64,000 nt of DNA from Balanoglossus misakiensis (Eukaryota > Animalia > Hemichordata). The notes beneath the pieces were generated by a model. The model saw only the letters and a program-made list of their open reading frames with translations, had not been told where the DNA came from and made no database searches. How positions within the stretch are numbered: the first letter of the stretch is position 1; each line of letters begins with the position of its first letter. Location of the stretch: contig CM082579.2 of the NCBI GenBank assembly GCA_040954595.2, forward strand, positions 6,313,625-6,377,624, read 5' to 3'. This document shows, one piece after another, positions 53,401-64,000 of the stretch. The position numbers and the translations under genes are program-made.

Positions 53401-56400
53401 GCGAGGAAAATATAAACGGCACGATAAAATATCATACCAAGTGACTCTCGCTGCGCACGTTCAATCTGCAGGAGGGTCGTGATCGAGACTGATCAGGGGA
53501 ATCCGTGAAAAATAACATTGCGCATGAAAGTTCATTTGCATGTTTCCATGGCAACGCTCTGCTTTTCAGTCTGTGGAGCACGGTTTTTTATTCAGATGAC
53601 AAGAATACCGAAAAGCGGTACAATGGGGAGACTGAGTAGAAAAAAAAATCCCGCGTATTTTCGCCTCGGGGAAAATAAATTCGAGTATCACCGTGATGCT
53701 AGAATCTCTTTGTGGCGCGGTATGGGTCTTACTACTGGCTACGGTTAGTAACATCGATGGCTGTTTGATACGGAGGGAGGCATAACGAGTTGGCGTTCAC
53801 CTAACTTCACATTTATGATCGCTTGTGCCTGCAAAGGACTCGTCATAGATCAAAAAGATTTCAAAGTATAGGAAAGAAATGCCTTTTTGCATTCTGGAAC
53901 CAAACTCGCTGAGATTGAAACGGTGTCGGTAGACATGCGCGTAGTAAGAAAACCCTGCCCTTGCCAGGACCACATGTAGCAATCTCTCAGGGTCATCTCG
54001 AATAAAAGGAAGACTGCTATCTCTTTCGCCCATAAAGACGAACAAGTGTGCGATGATTAAGAATAAATCACGTTCTTAGCCCGTGAAAATCCCTAACAAT
54101 TCAAATGGACAGATATCTAAATTGCAACATGTATTGCCTTTGAGTGGAAGACAGACCTTAAAGACTACGGGCGTCGTACGACCGGCGTTATTGCTATCAA
54201 AGCCAAGCATATTTCTATTAAAACATCATAGGTCAAATATCACATTAACACGGTCAGTCGTAAAGACAAAGGCAAGGCAGTATACGGAACAGCACAGACA
54301 ACCAGCGAAGCACACAGAATATAGAAGTCACGACAGCCAAATCAGTGAAAGAAAGAAACATGGACCTCTGGCAAAAAGAGCATCATTCTGTGATGTCATA
54401 TCTTGATTTAACATTGTAGTCCGCAGTGTTGGTATGATACTGTAGTAGTTGCAAGTGACGACTGAGATATACATTTGTACGTGAAGATATCAATCAGCTT
54501 ACCGTGAGCAAGTGACGCGAACATTCTTTCAGGTCCAAAAATATATGGTGGCAGCTTGTTTTCAACAGTGATTATCTGTATTAAGGCACCATGTGCTACA
54601 ACTCGATAAAAAAGTTAAGCTTTAAATAATCTCGGATATAATTTTAATCCTGTCTATTAAATGATATTGCCTGATATCAATAAAACACTTATTTATGGCA
54701 AAATGACCAAAACATGAAAGAAATGTGTTGTTAGTGTCACACCCCCACTGTTATTCTCTTCAACAAACTCTTCCAGAATGCCATGAACGTAACGTGAACT
54801 GGGAGCTTGCAACCGACTACTAGTATTCAGAGATCGAACAAACTTTTATGTCCAAAGTTAACAGCAATGTATCGGTCATTTAACGCCACATGCATGAAGG
54901 TGAACGCTAAATTTCAATTTTCAAACATCATGTAAATGACTTAGAAGCTATTACCTTTCAATCATATACGCTTCATTTCCTTCGACCGTTTCTCATTTGC
55001 ACATACGCGTTCGATTCAAAGGTCAGATGGCCAATTGTCCTTTGCATTCTAGAGTGTATACCACACTAACACATCACACACCAAAGGTAGAGTAGCCGCA
55101 CCTTTTTACGCTTCTCATCTTAAGCTGATAAAAAATATGTATTACAGGCAAGTGTCCGCCGCTTAAGTGCTTAATATTCAAGTGTTGCTCCACATACGCA
55201 TGGAAAGTAGCAGATTGATAACATTATTACGTCATTGTAAAGTCCTTCGTTTCCACTCATATCTTCCCTCTAATTGTATATTTTTTGTACACTTGTTTAA
55301 AAGTTGTGCAAAAATGTCTCTTGCGATGAAACCGAAGAACTCACTGCCGTATTACTCATCCGATAGCTAAAAATTTGAAATATTGATGGCGTTGCGATCA
55401 AAAACTCAAAATTTTGCAATGGATTTATATATTCGTACAATGTTGCACATGCATTGTTTACATGCTGACCGAAAGCGATTTTGCACCAGCCAAGCTACTA
55501 AAAAAGCGTACGTCTACCCCAAAATAGCGTCGCAATCACTAAACGCAGGTTTGTATCACAGCCCGAAAAATCACTCGAATCGACCGAACGCCATTAAATA
55601 TTGACAGATCACCGCCCACTTTGTCGGTCGACCGGAAAGCAAATTAAAATTGCGCTAAAATCAATCACTGCAAAGGCGGAGATGTCAGTTTGTAATAGTT
55701 ATCAAGCCATCGCGACTAGCCTTTTCTTTTATACCCGTGGCTGTCTGTGAATTTCATCAAACTCGGTTGATGGGACAGAACAAATAAACGAAGGCTGACC
55801 TGCGGGGTAAGAATCAACTGTTGTGCTTTCTTGTGGACTTCTTCGGGTTAGTTTTTTATTGAGTAGGGGGCGATATCAAAACGAGCTGCTTGCATGTTTC
55901 ATGACTCTACAGACAAGACACAGTCCATACGCGCCATCCGTTATAATCGATTCTACTTATAGATGTTTTCCGTTAACAAGTTTACTTTATTTGTAGGATC
56001 AGCAAGTCTATCACGCAATAAGCTTCACATTCCTCAATGATTTGTATTTTGTAATTGCGTGGGGATTTTCTTGTGATCAATGACAGATTCCTTGGTCGGT
56101 GCTACCTGATCGGTAATTAACCGCACGTCGAACGCTGAGAGGAAGCAAAAAACTCCCCCAACCCTATGCTAATATTGAATTTCATGAAAAGTGTCGATCG
56201 GTCGAAATCCAGTTGTCAATTTACTATTTTGATTCCGAGGATCACCTTCGAGTTTGTTGTTAATCGCATGAAGACCAATTAGCCCTCAGAAGAGTGTGCG
56301 TGGCGGGTCCGTGATGCTTATAACAAACAATATGGCGCTGATAACATTCTGCCGCTAGACTTCATCAGCAGGGCGCTCGGAGCAGGTATATAATGCTCAG

Positions 56401-58648
56401 AGGTTGAGAGATCTGATAAGCCAGTGTAATTAGCTCGTTTGTTGATCAGCCCTACAGATAAGCTGACTGTTGTAATTAGTTTTAGGACGAGAGACTCCTG
56501 CCGCGGACGGGCAGCCATTTCCTGCTCTACGCCCGTGGAGTTCTTATGGGATGTGGGTGATACGCGGCCCGTCCGCTGGGAAATGTCTTCGAATTACGTG
56601 GAGGAGAGAAAACGTCATTGTTTCACTGCACACTTCGCCGGTAATTGTTCGCTACACGCCGGGTGCAAGGTTTAAATCATCGACGGGTGAACTTGATGGG
56701 CAAAACGACAGATCGAATTATGCCACGAAATATCGCAAAATAGAGCTAAGTTTGGTCGTATTGATTGCTTCGGGGATTAAAACAAAGATGCACGGGCGGT
56801 CTGAGTGATTGATGCCAGCTCTCCAGGTGTACCTAACGAACACGTGACTTTAATTCGCATTGAAAATCACTAATGAAACGCCACAATTTATGTAAATTTT
56901 GTTTCGTTTGAGGGCTCGCGAAGAGGTTTGTGGAATCGAAGGAAATCACGGCGACGTCATCAAATGCTGTACTCGAGCTTATCCAGGGGATAAGCCCAGA
57001 AGACTCGTCGACCCACCAGGTGTGACGACGGCTGCGAATCGAAGCCACTTTCAACGCTGTTAGTGGCCGTAAGTCGCAAAATAAATTACTGGACATCATG
57101 CCGTTTTACGTTCGACGATCGAAGCGGTCACATCTGCGGAAAATTGTATCTATCACGATCATGTCCAATCGCAGAATAATTACACACGAGATTGCTTCCA
57201 TCATGAAGAAGTGCGCAGATGATGAGGGGACACTGGCGGCTATATTATAACACTAACAAATGCAGCGACACCCAAATATAAGTAATTTCCTCCGCGCCAG
57301 CTTTGCCCCCGGGCAGAATTTCACTTCTCCTTTACTTTCTCCCCTGAATTGCATTTAATACCGCATTACTCGCAGAATAAGCCAACGCATCGCTTTAGAA
57401 ATAGACGCTGTTACTTCGCCCGGGCGATATGTGGCATCGAAAATCAAACACCCACACGGAATATTAATATTCGCATAATTGTAAAGGTGTGTAACAGGCG
57501 GGTTCTTTTCCGCCTGTCCATCAAATGAGATTCGCATAATACGCTTGTAAAGAATACCTAGAAATCCTAAGACCATCATTGACAGATCCCTCGGGTGTTA
57601 AGCTGTTAACTTCCGTAATATTTGACGTTTCGAAGATCAAGACATTTACACTGAGGACGGTGAGAAAAGTATATAGGGGTCTACATGTACAATGTACATG
57701 AACGTATTAAGGTATTAGTATGTCTTCTGCAGACTGCATGACAAGTCGTGTATAAGCTTATGCTATTTCAGTTCTCATCGTGTCTTACAAAAATTTCCAT
57801 TTCGCGTCATGGACTGTTACCCCGACTAATAAATAGCTTGGTATTGTGAATTCTGTGCAGAGATGAAAACTGGGAGTTTTATTGAAATAAGTTAATCTCA
57901 AATCGTATTATTTTTTTGTCAGAAGGAACAAAAAGCCTGGACTCTCCCCATCCCCCGCCCCGCCGCGGATGACATCACTGAAGACGACTTAATTTAATAT
58001 TAAAATATCAGTCGCTTATATGGTTGATAAATGAAGTCTGAAGTGTCATTCCAGGAAATGGTTTTTATCTCCATTCTGTACGTAGTGAAAATCACCGTTA
58101 CGTTACGTCTAATAATAAATTGTCTTTCTTCAAAGAAAGATTCTCAGTCGCTGCCAAGCCGATGTCTATACAACAGTGCTGCGTTTTGTAATTACTCACA
58201 GTCACACTCACTTCTGTCACGTTTGTGAATGATCAAACATGTTTTGATAAAGTGAAGACTGCTTTGAGGCAAATCTGAGATTTCGGTATTACGAACGTTC
58301 GTTGATTAGAGATGTGAAAGTTACGTCAATCGCGTCGCTCGCGATTGTTTAAGAAGAATGTCACACGTGCGTGCATCTTAATCATTATTGTGCCACTTAC
58401 CGATTACTTGTAAATAATACTCCTTTCGTCAGTGAAGATTTTAATCTTAAAGCGTGTTCTCTGTCTCTTGTACGCGTTCCTTTATGTTGCAATGTTCATT
58501 GCACGTTTCGCTGTGGTTATTAAATGGCTGTCCTCAGGTGAAAATCTGTCGGTAAAAATAAAATATTTCAATATCAGCAAACTAGTCAGATTTTTTCTAA
58601 ATGTTACTACTTATCTCTATGATTGAGAAAAACACCGTCAAATAAAGT

Positions 58649-58910
58649 CATATTCGAAGGCACCTAACGAAGGTATCATGCCATTAATCTCATCTAAACT
58701 AGATTACTGTAATGCTATCATTTGCGGTTTACCACCAACATCCGCTGTAGCGCGCCCAAAGTTTCACAACCACAATGTCTCGCACCCGGAAATCGGAGCA
58801 TATCGCTCACGGATTCTCAAGGAATTACACTGGTAACCCGTGCAATGCAGAATTAAGTACGAGATCACACAAATCACCTATAGAAATCTAAACAGCACCG
58901 ATCCTGCATC
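58649..58910 (+). pseudogene. Decayed LINE ORF2 C-terminal fragment (L2/CR1 group)
   Basis: Manual translation across frameshifts gives HIRRHLT..HA/LISSKLDYCNAIICGLP..SRTRKSEHI/RILKELHW*PVQCRIKYEI...TYRNLN. This matches the post-RT signature (S.LDYCN.LL.GLP...HITP.L..LHWLP...RI.FKI) of L2-like LINEs, with an in-frame stop and indels. Confidence 0.85.
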
Positions 58911-59664
58911 ACACATATCTACCTAATCCATCTGAAAGCTTCTTCGTTCGAATAACACAATTCTGCTCATATACCACGGAGTAACCGGAAAACTATCAGG
59001 TGCTTGCGACTTGAGTGATCAGTTTCCAATTCATCGGACACCACGGCGAGCAGCGAAACCGTGAGAATGCTACATATACCAAATTGGATTTTGAGAAAAA
59101 AGGACATTTGTGAACCATATTTGTGTATAATATCGCGTTACTTTTGAAAGAGTTTCCTGTGCGCCTGTATGAGCGCCATAGAAGTGAATGTGGTTTCGAT
59201 CTCCTAGATTAGGGCGTTCGCTTTACACGTCTTGCTGGAGCAGTTTGACAGCTGTCACGGAAAGTATTTTGCCTGTCAAAGCCTTTGTGTGACATGGCAT
59301 TTTCCGGGGCTGTTAGCGACTCAGATTTGGAATATGCATAGAGTTGCATAGAGTTAAGGCTTATATAATGTGTACATTTCCCAGAACTGCTTATTGAGAA
59401 CTTGGTGCGTGTGTACCCGTATGAAATCACCTATAATCCCGATGACCCTGAGAATGTCAAACTTAAGCTTGATATGTATGGCTTTACTATACTTGGCCAT
59501 AGACTGTGCTTTGGTGAACCAACCAGCGCAGCACGCAACAAAGACGGTCAACAATAGGCACACCACACGTTATTTCCTTGCTTATGGAAACCTTTTAATT
59601 ATTACAAATAAACATGGGTTTATATAAAATGGTTATACACTGAAAAAAACACAAAAATAAGTGG

Positions 59665-60085
59665 CTACCTTAAATGTGACCAGGTGTGGGAAATGAAAGA
59701 ATAAAGTCCAAGGTTCTGTAGCGCACGACGGACACGACCAACGCCACGGCAGTCCCAACAGCGACGTTCAGTCCCAACAACGACGTTCAGTCCGAGTAGC
59801 GTTCTGGCACAATACCCCGGTAGACGGCACGGCTTTCGGGCGAATTCCCCATGAGGTAGCACGGCTTCTGGGCGCGGTTTCCAGACCAGTGCAGCATGAA
59901 ATAAGGGCACAGCTTCCAAGCCGGCGAGGAACAGAACAGCTCACACGGGCAAGTCCAAATTAGTAGCTACGCCGCAACACAACGTGCGGGCTTTGGGGAA
60001 AATAATGAATGCACCACACCTGGTCACGCAAATATTCAAATTACGAAAGTAAGCGAAAACACACCTGGTCACAAAACAACAGCAA
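59665..60085. mobile_element. Second copy of the LTR-like element at 23383-23889 (same orientation, termini not intact)
   Basis: Near-identical to 23415-23872 from CTACCTTAAATGTGACCAGGTGTG to CACACCTGGTCACAAA.CAACAGCAA. TGTTACG/CGTAACA ends and a TSD are not recognisable. Confidence 0.85.
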
Positions 60086-61061
60086 TCTACGTCATACATT
60101 CACGCTATCAGTGCGTTCGGTTCGCATTGTTTAAAGGTGGTGGTTTCGTATTACATGTATAAGTGTATGACTGGCCCCCTTGTGTGAGTATCATATCTCT
60201 TTGACCCTTCCTCACCCACTAAATTCTTCAATAGTCTCTAACCTGTCTGTACGGGCAACCTTATACGCAACCTTTGTGAAATTTTGAAGGATACGCCGTA
60301 TCGTTAACATCTCGTACAATTCATGCGCTCAAATTAGTGTGGTTAGTCACATGCCTTTTTCTAGTACAAAAGATCTATTGTTTAAGTAAGTAGCAACGAC
60401 AAGAATGACGATGGGCAGTGTACTTGTCAGTTTCACTTTAATTATTATAGCAGTGCTCTCATCCTACCCTCTTTCTATCTGCTGGGAAGAGCACAAGAAA
60501 TCCCAACTGCAAATGAAGCTGTCTGAGTGCGCATGCGTCTCCGGAATGCATTGTGCAAGCTAGCAAGGGCAAACCGCGCCCGAGAAGAACAGCTGACGAA
60601 AGGTGAGGGACGCAACGGGATTTGAAATGCATGTATGCGTATACCAGCTGATCTGAGATTTCGTTGCCTCTTCTCGAGACACACATGCGTATACCCCCTT
60701 GACTTTACTGTGATGAAGATATCACATTTAATGCACACACAAAAAACAATTACAGGCCGAACCTAATCAGCGGTTCCCATGGAAACAAGCCCTCACAATA
60801 TAATCTGCCACAACGCGTCCAATTACATCAGTACCATCAGTCTGTTTCTTGCAGCTTCAACGCGCTATAACCTGTGCGATGAAGGTACGAGTGGAGCGAT
60901 CTGATTGGCCGAGACAAGAAGATCACAGTGATATACTTGCGAAGTACCGCGGTAAGAATGCGTCCAAATGGCACTGAATGAGAATTCGCCTTGTACATTG
61001 TACATTTGGGATGAGTCAAATTCGCACTTACTGCGTATTATGAAGGTTTGGAGATTTACCG

Positions 61062-61417
61062 ATAAGGTATAGTATGCGCCTCGGGGGACAGATTTTCAGA
61101 AACATGATATTCCTTCAAACCTTTCAACTCCTTTCTGTGTTTAAGTGTGTGAGGAGTCTTTTTTTAAATCAAAGAAGAAAACACTTTGTTCACCGCGTTG
61201 TTTTTCATAAAAATCATTACTTAATTGTTTCTCCATAGAGTTAACACTGAGACTGGCGGCCATTTCAAATTTGAGACATTTTTACTCTCCCATACAAAAT
61301 GTTGCATGGTGACCCCAATTTTTATTCGCAATTTTAAGAGAGAATAATCTTACGTTGCCTTGAGCAAAATATGAGAAACAAGTTTAAGACTGACTTTCTG
61401 GGCACATACTAGCTTAA
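61062..61417. mobile_element. Decayed non-autonomous DNA-transposon-like element with degenerate terminal inverted repeats
   Basis: Left ATAAGGTATAGTATGCGCC versus reverse complement of right end TTAAGCTAGTATGTGCC; related partial copy at 40680. Superfamily not assignable. Confidence 0.5.
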
Positions 61418-64000
61418 ATAAAATATCAGCATCTCGCGTGGCTAGGCAGTTTACTAATATGGGAATACATTCTCAGTACCCCAGGAAAAACAACACATTG
61501 CCCATCGTGTTAAACGACACGTCGACTTGTATAATTTGGCTGGCAAGTCGTCGCTACGGTAATTAACCAAGTCTCGCGAGATCTCGCAATGAACGGAAAA
61601 CCATCTGTTGCTAACATAGTAGTCCCTCGTCCGGAATTCCATCCAAAATTGGCAAGTGTACTGATTATATTCATGGAAATTGACAAGTCCCTCGCACCAT
61701 ATTGACCGCGAATCAAGTTCTACCTGTTCCAGGAATTCCAATCAACGTGGTGGATTAAAACTCCGGGCTTGCTTGAAACTGCATATTGAGGTATCCAAAT
61801 AATCACTAATATCATCTTGAGACGATAACCAATTTAGGGGAAAACAAACGTAATTTCCTCGTTTTTCTTTTTTCCCTAAAGCCTATGTCTCAAACCTCGA
61901 GACGTACGCAAGCAGCAAACTTCACAGTTACTCACAAAATTGGAACTTTGCTGACAGTCTTATTGTAATGTAATTACATTTTCCCGGCTCTGCGCTACAC
62001 TAGTTCATGCCACAGTGTTCCTATGAACACTTATTTCAGGAAAACTCACCAACCGAAATCATGAGAATAACCCAAAATTAGAGTGGGAATCATGGCTTCC
62101 AAGGTTGAAAGAGTTGCTTTAAAATACCCACAATGCAATAGTACTGCAAGCACTGCAAACTGGCAGTTCTGGTGCAGACTGAATGAAGCCATCCATTGTC
62201 TAGCTATAGAAATAATTTGACTGACACAAGGATAATATGGGTATAGAGGGTAGATGTCTCGCCATGACGATGTGGTGCTGCCTAATACGTCTATGTTTTT
62301 CCAACATCCTGGTGTAAAGGCCAGCCAGATTAAGAACAATGACTTCTATGGGAACAGTTGCACGTCTAGCAATGCGGACGGAGAGAGTCCAACAAAATAT
62401 CACTATCAAAGATGCATGAAGAGAATACACGTATGGTTTCCACGATCTGGCATTTGAATTATGTAAAGAAAACGTCAGCCTTATCAATCAGCTTATAGAC
62501 AAATGTTCCAGCATGTGCATCCACTTCCAGCAATGTGACATTCACCGCATTGTGTTCACATTTTCAACTCGAACTCCGCGGGGTAGGTTTTCTTATATGA
62601 TCTACAAAACTTTCCATAGTCACTTAGAAGACATACGTCAGCGATAATGCAAATCCAAAGGACTTCTAAGCAGGAGTTTTTTTCGGTATGAATCAGTGAT
62701 GACATAATTGTGTAAGGGGCTATTCGTATTTGTGTAGCTGCTATAGAGTTCGCCCAGAATGGAGCTACGTCAAAACCCACAGGAGTGGCTGCAGTCTGTA
62801 CAAAAAATTCAGATGCCCAGTTGGAAGTAGCTTTCCGGCTTTTTAATAAAGAAGATATGAGTGATAATCTTGTCTTGTTTATTTATGCACGAGAACCATC
62901 AGATGATGATAGTCTAATTCTGTTGCCTAATATACAATTTAGTTTCGACGTCACCCATAGTCAACTACGTCACACAATATATGATTGACTTTCCTGTCAG
63001 TACGAGATTTCGCGAGACTTAGTTGGGTTGGTGGGTGAGTGAGTGGGTGGGTGGGTTTTACATTTACGAACTCGCAGCAATTTGTGGATTTGCTATTCCC
63101 CCATACTTGGTACACGCATTCTGAGTCCGTTCACTCATGGATTATCGACCTTTTAATTTTCAATAATGTCAATAATGTCGCTCCAAATCATTGTGTGCGA
63201 AAGTAGGACAGGAATGACTTCTGGCGCTGGGATTGCGTTTCATCCTTTTTTTTTTGCACTTGATATAGCCTAGTGAATGATTTAATCAAATGTGGACGTT
63301 GTCGCCCGCTGTCGTGATTTCACATTCCGTATATACCGCGTCAACTCGGCAGGCAACTCGGTGGGCAACTCGACGCGCAACCCGAGTCGCGACGCTACAT
63401 CGAACGGTTACACGGGGCGACTCGACTGGCAACTAATTGGGCGTAAACAGCGGCTGCGCATGTGCACCCGCCTCAAAAGCCGACAGAAAATTGCTTGCAT
63501 TTATAGTACTGAATTCTGCATTTATTCATTCGTGTTCGACCGAGACAGAAATATCACAAAGGCGTTAGACGACCCAGAATTATAGAGCGCAACATGTAAA
63601 AGGGGCAGCTAGCTCTGTCGACGGAAGTGCACAACATGTGGTCGAAGAAATGGAAATTTAATAATCTGCACTATGCCACGGAGACTTGGTACAAAGCCCC
63701 TTGCAGTCCTAGGACAAAGCCCGTCCCTGCGATAAATATAAAGTACTGTCCTTAAAACCTTACACTAGAAATAATAACCATGTAATGGATATTTTGGGGG
63801 ATTTACTCGGTTGTTGCCACGACAACAATTCGTTTAGCGAATCGTTTACAGTCGATTTTCATCATCACGTCATACCTTGAAATTTACACGCTTCCTGACG
63901 TAATAGGCCCATTAAAGATAAATGTCAAATAAATAAATAAAAAAAAACCTATGATCACCACATGGCTCGAACGACACCGTGCAATAACCAAACTTACATT

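Overview
Eukaryotic, gene-poor, AT-rich animal DNA, probably a marine invertebrate (inferred from repeat style and gene type). Almost all ORFs in the supplied track are spurious. The one convincing coding segment is a minus-strand first coding exon (11030-11293) of a GABA-B-receptor-like class C GPCR: signal peptide, start of the Venus-flytrap domain and a phase-0 GT donor. No second exon is recognisable in the 11 kb downstream. The dominant structure is a ~10.8 kb nest (25430-36229) of seven same-orientation non-autonomous Helentron/HINE (DINE-1-like) elements from three families. Each family has its own matched subterminal-repeat/palindrome sequence. Copies have inserted at or just inside each other's palindromic end, so the termini close like nested brackets. 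They share a ~238-bp tandem core that supplies 22 perfect AGGTCAAAGGTCA nuclear-receptor DR1 motifs 14-24 kb upstream of the receptor exon. Also present: a PIF/Harbinger-type MITE with TAA TSD, a solo LTR with TAAT TSD plus a second related copy, a decayed L2/CR1-group LINE, microsatellites, small duplications and isolated palindromes.
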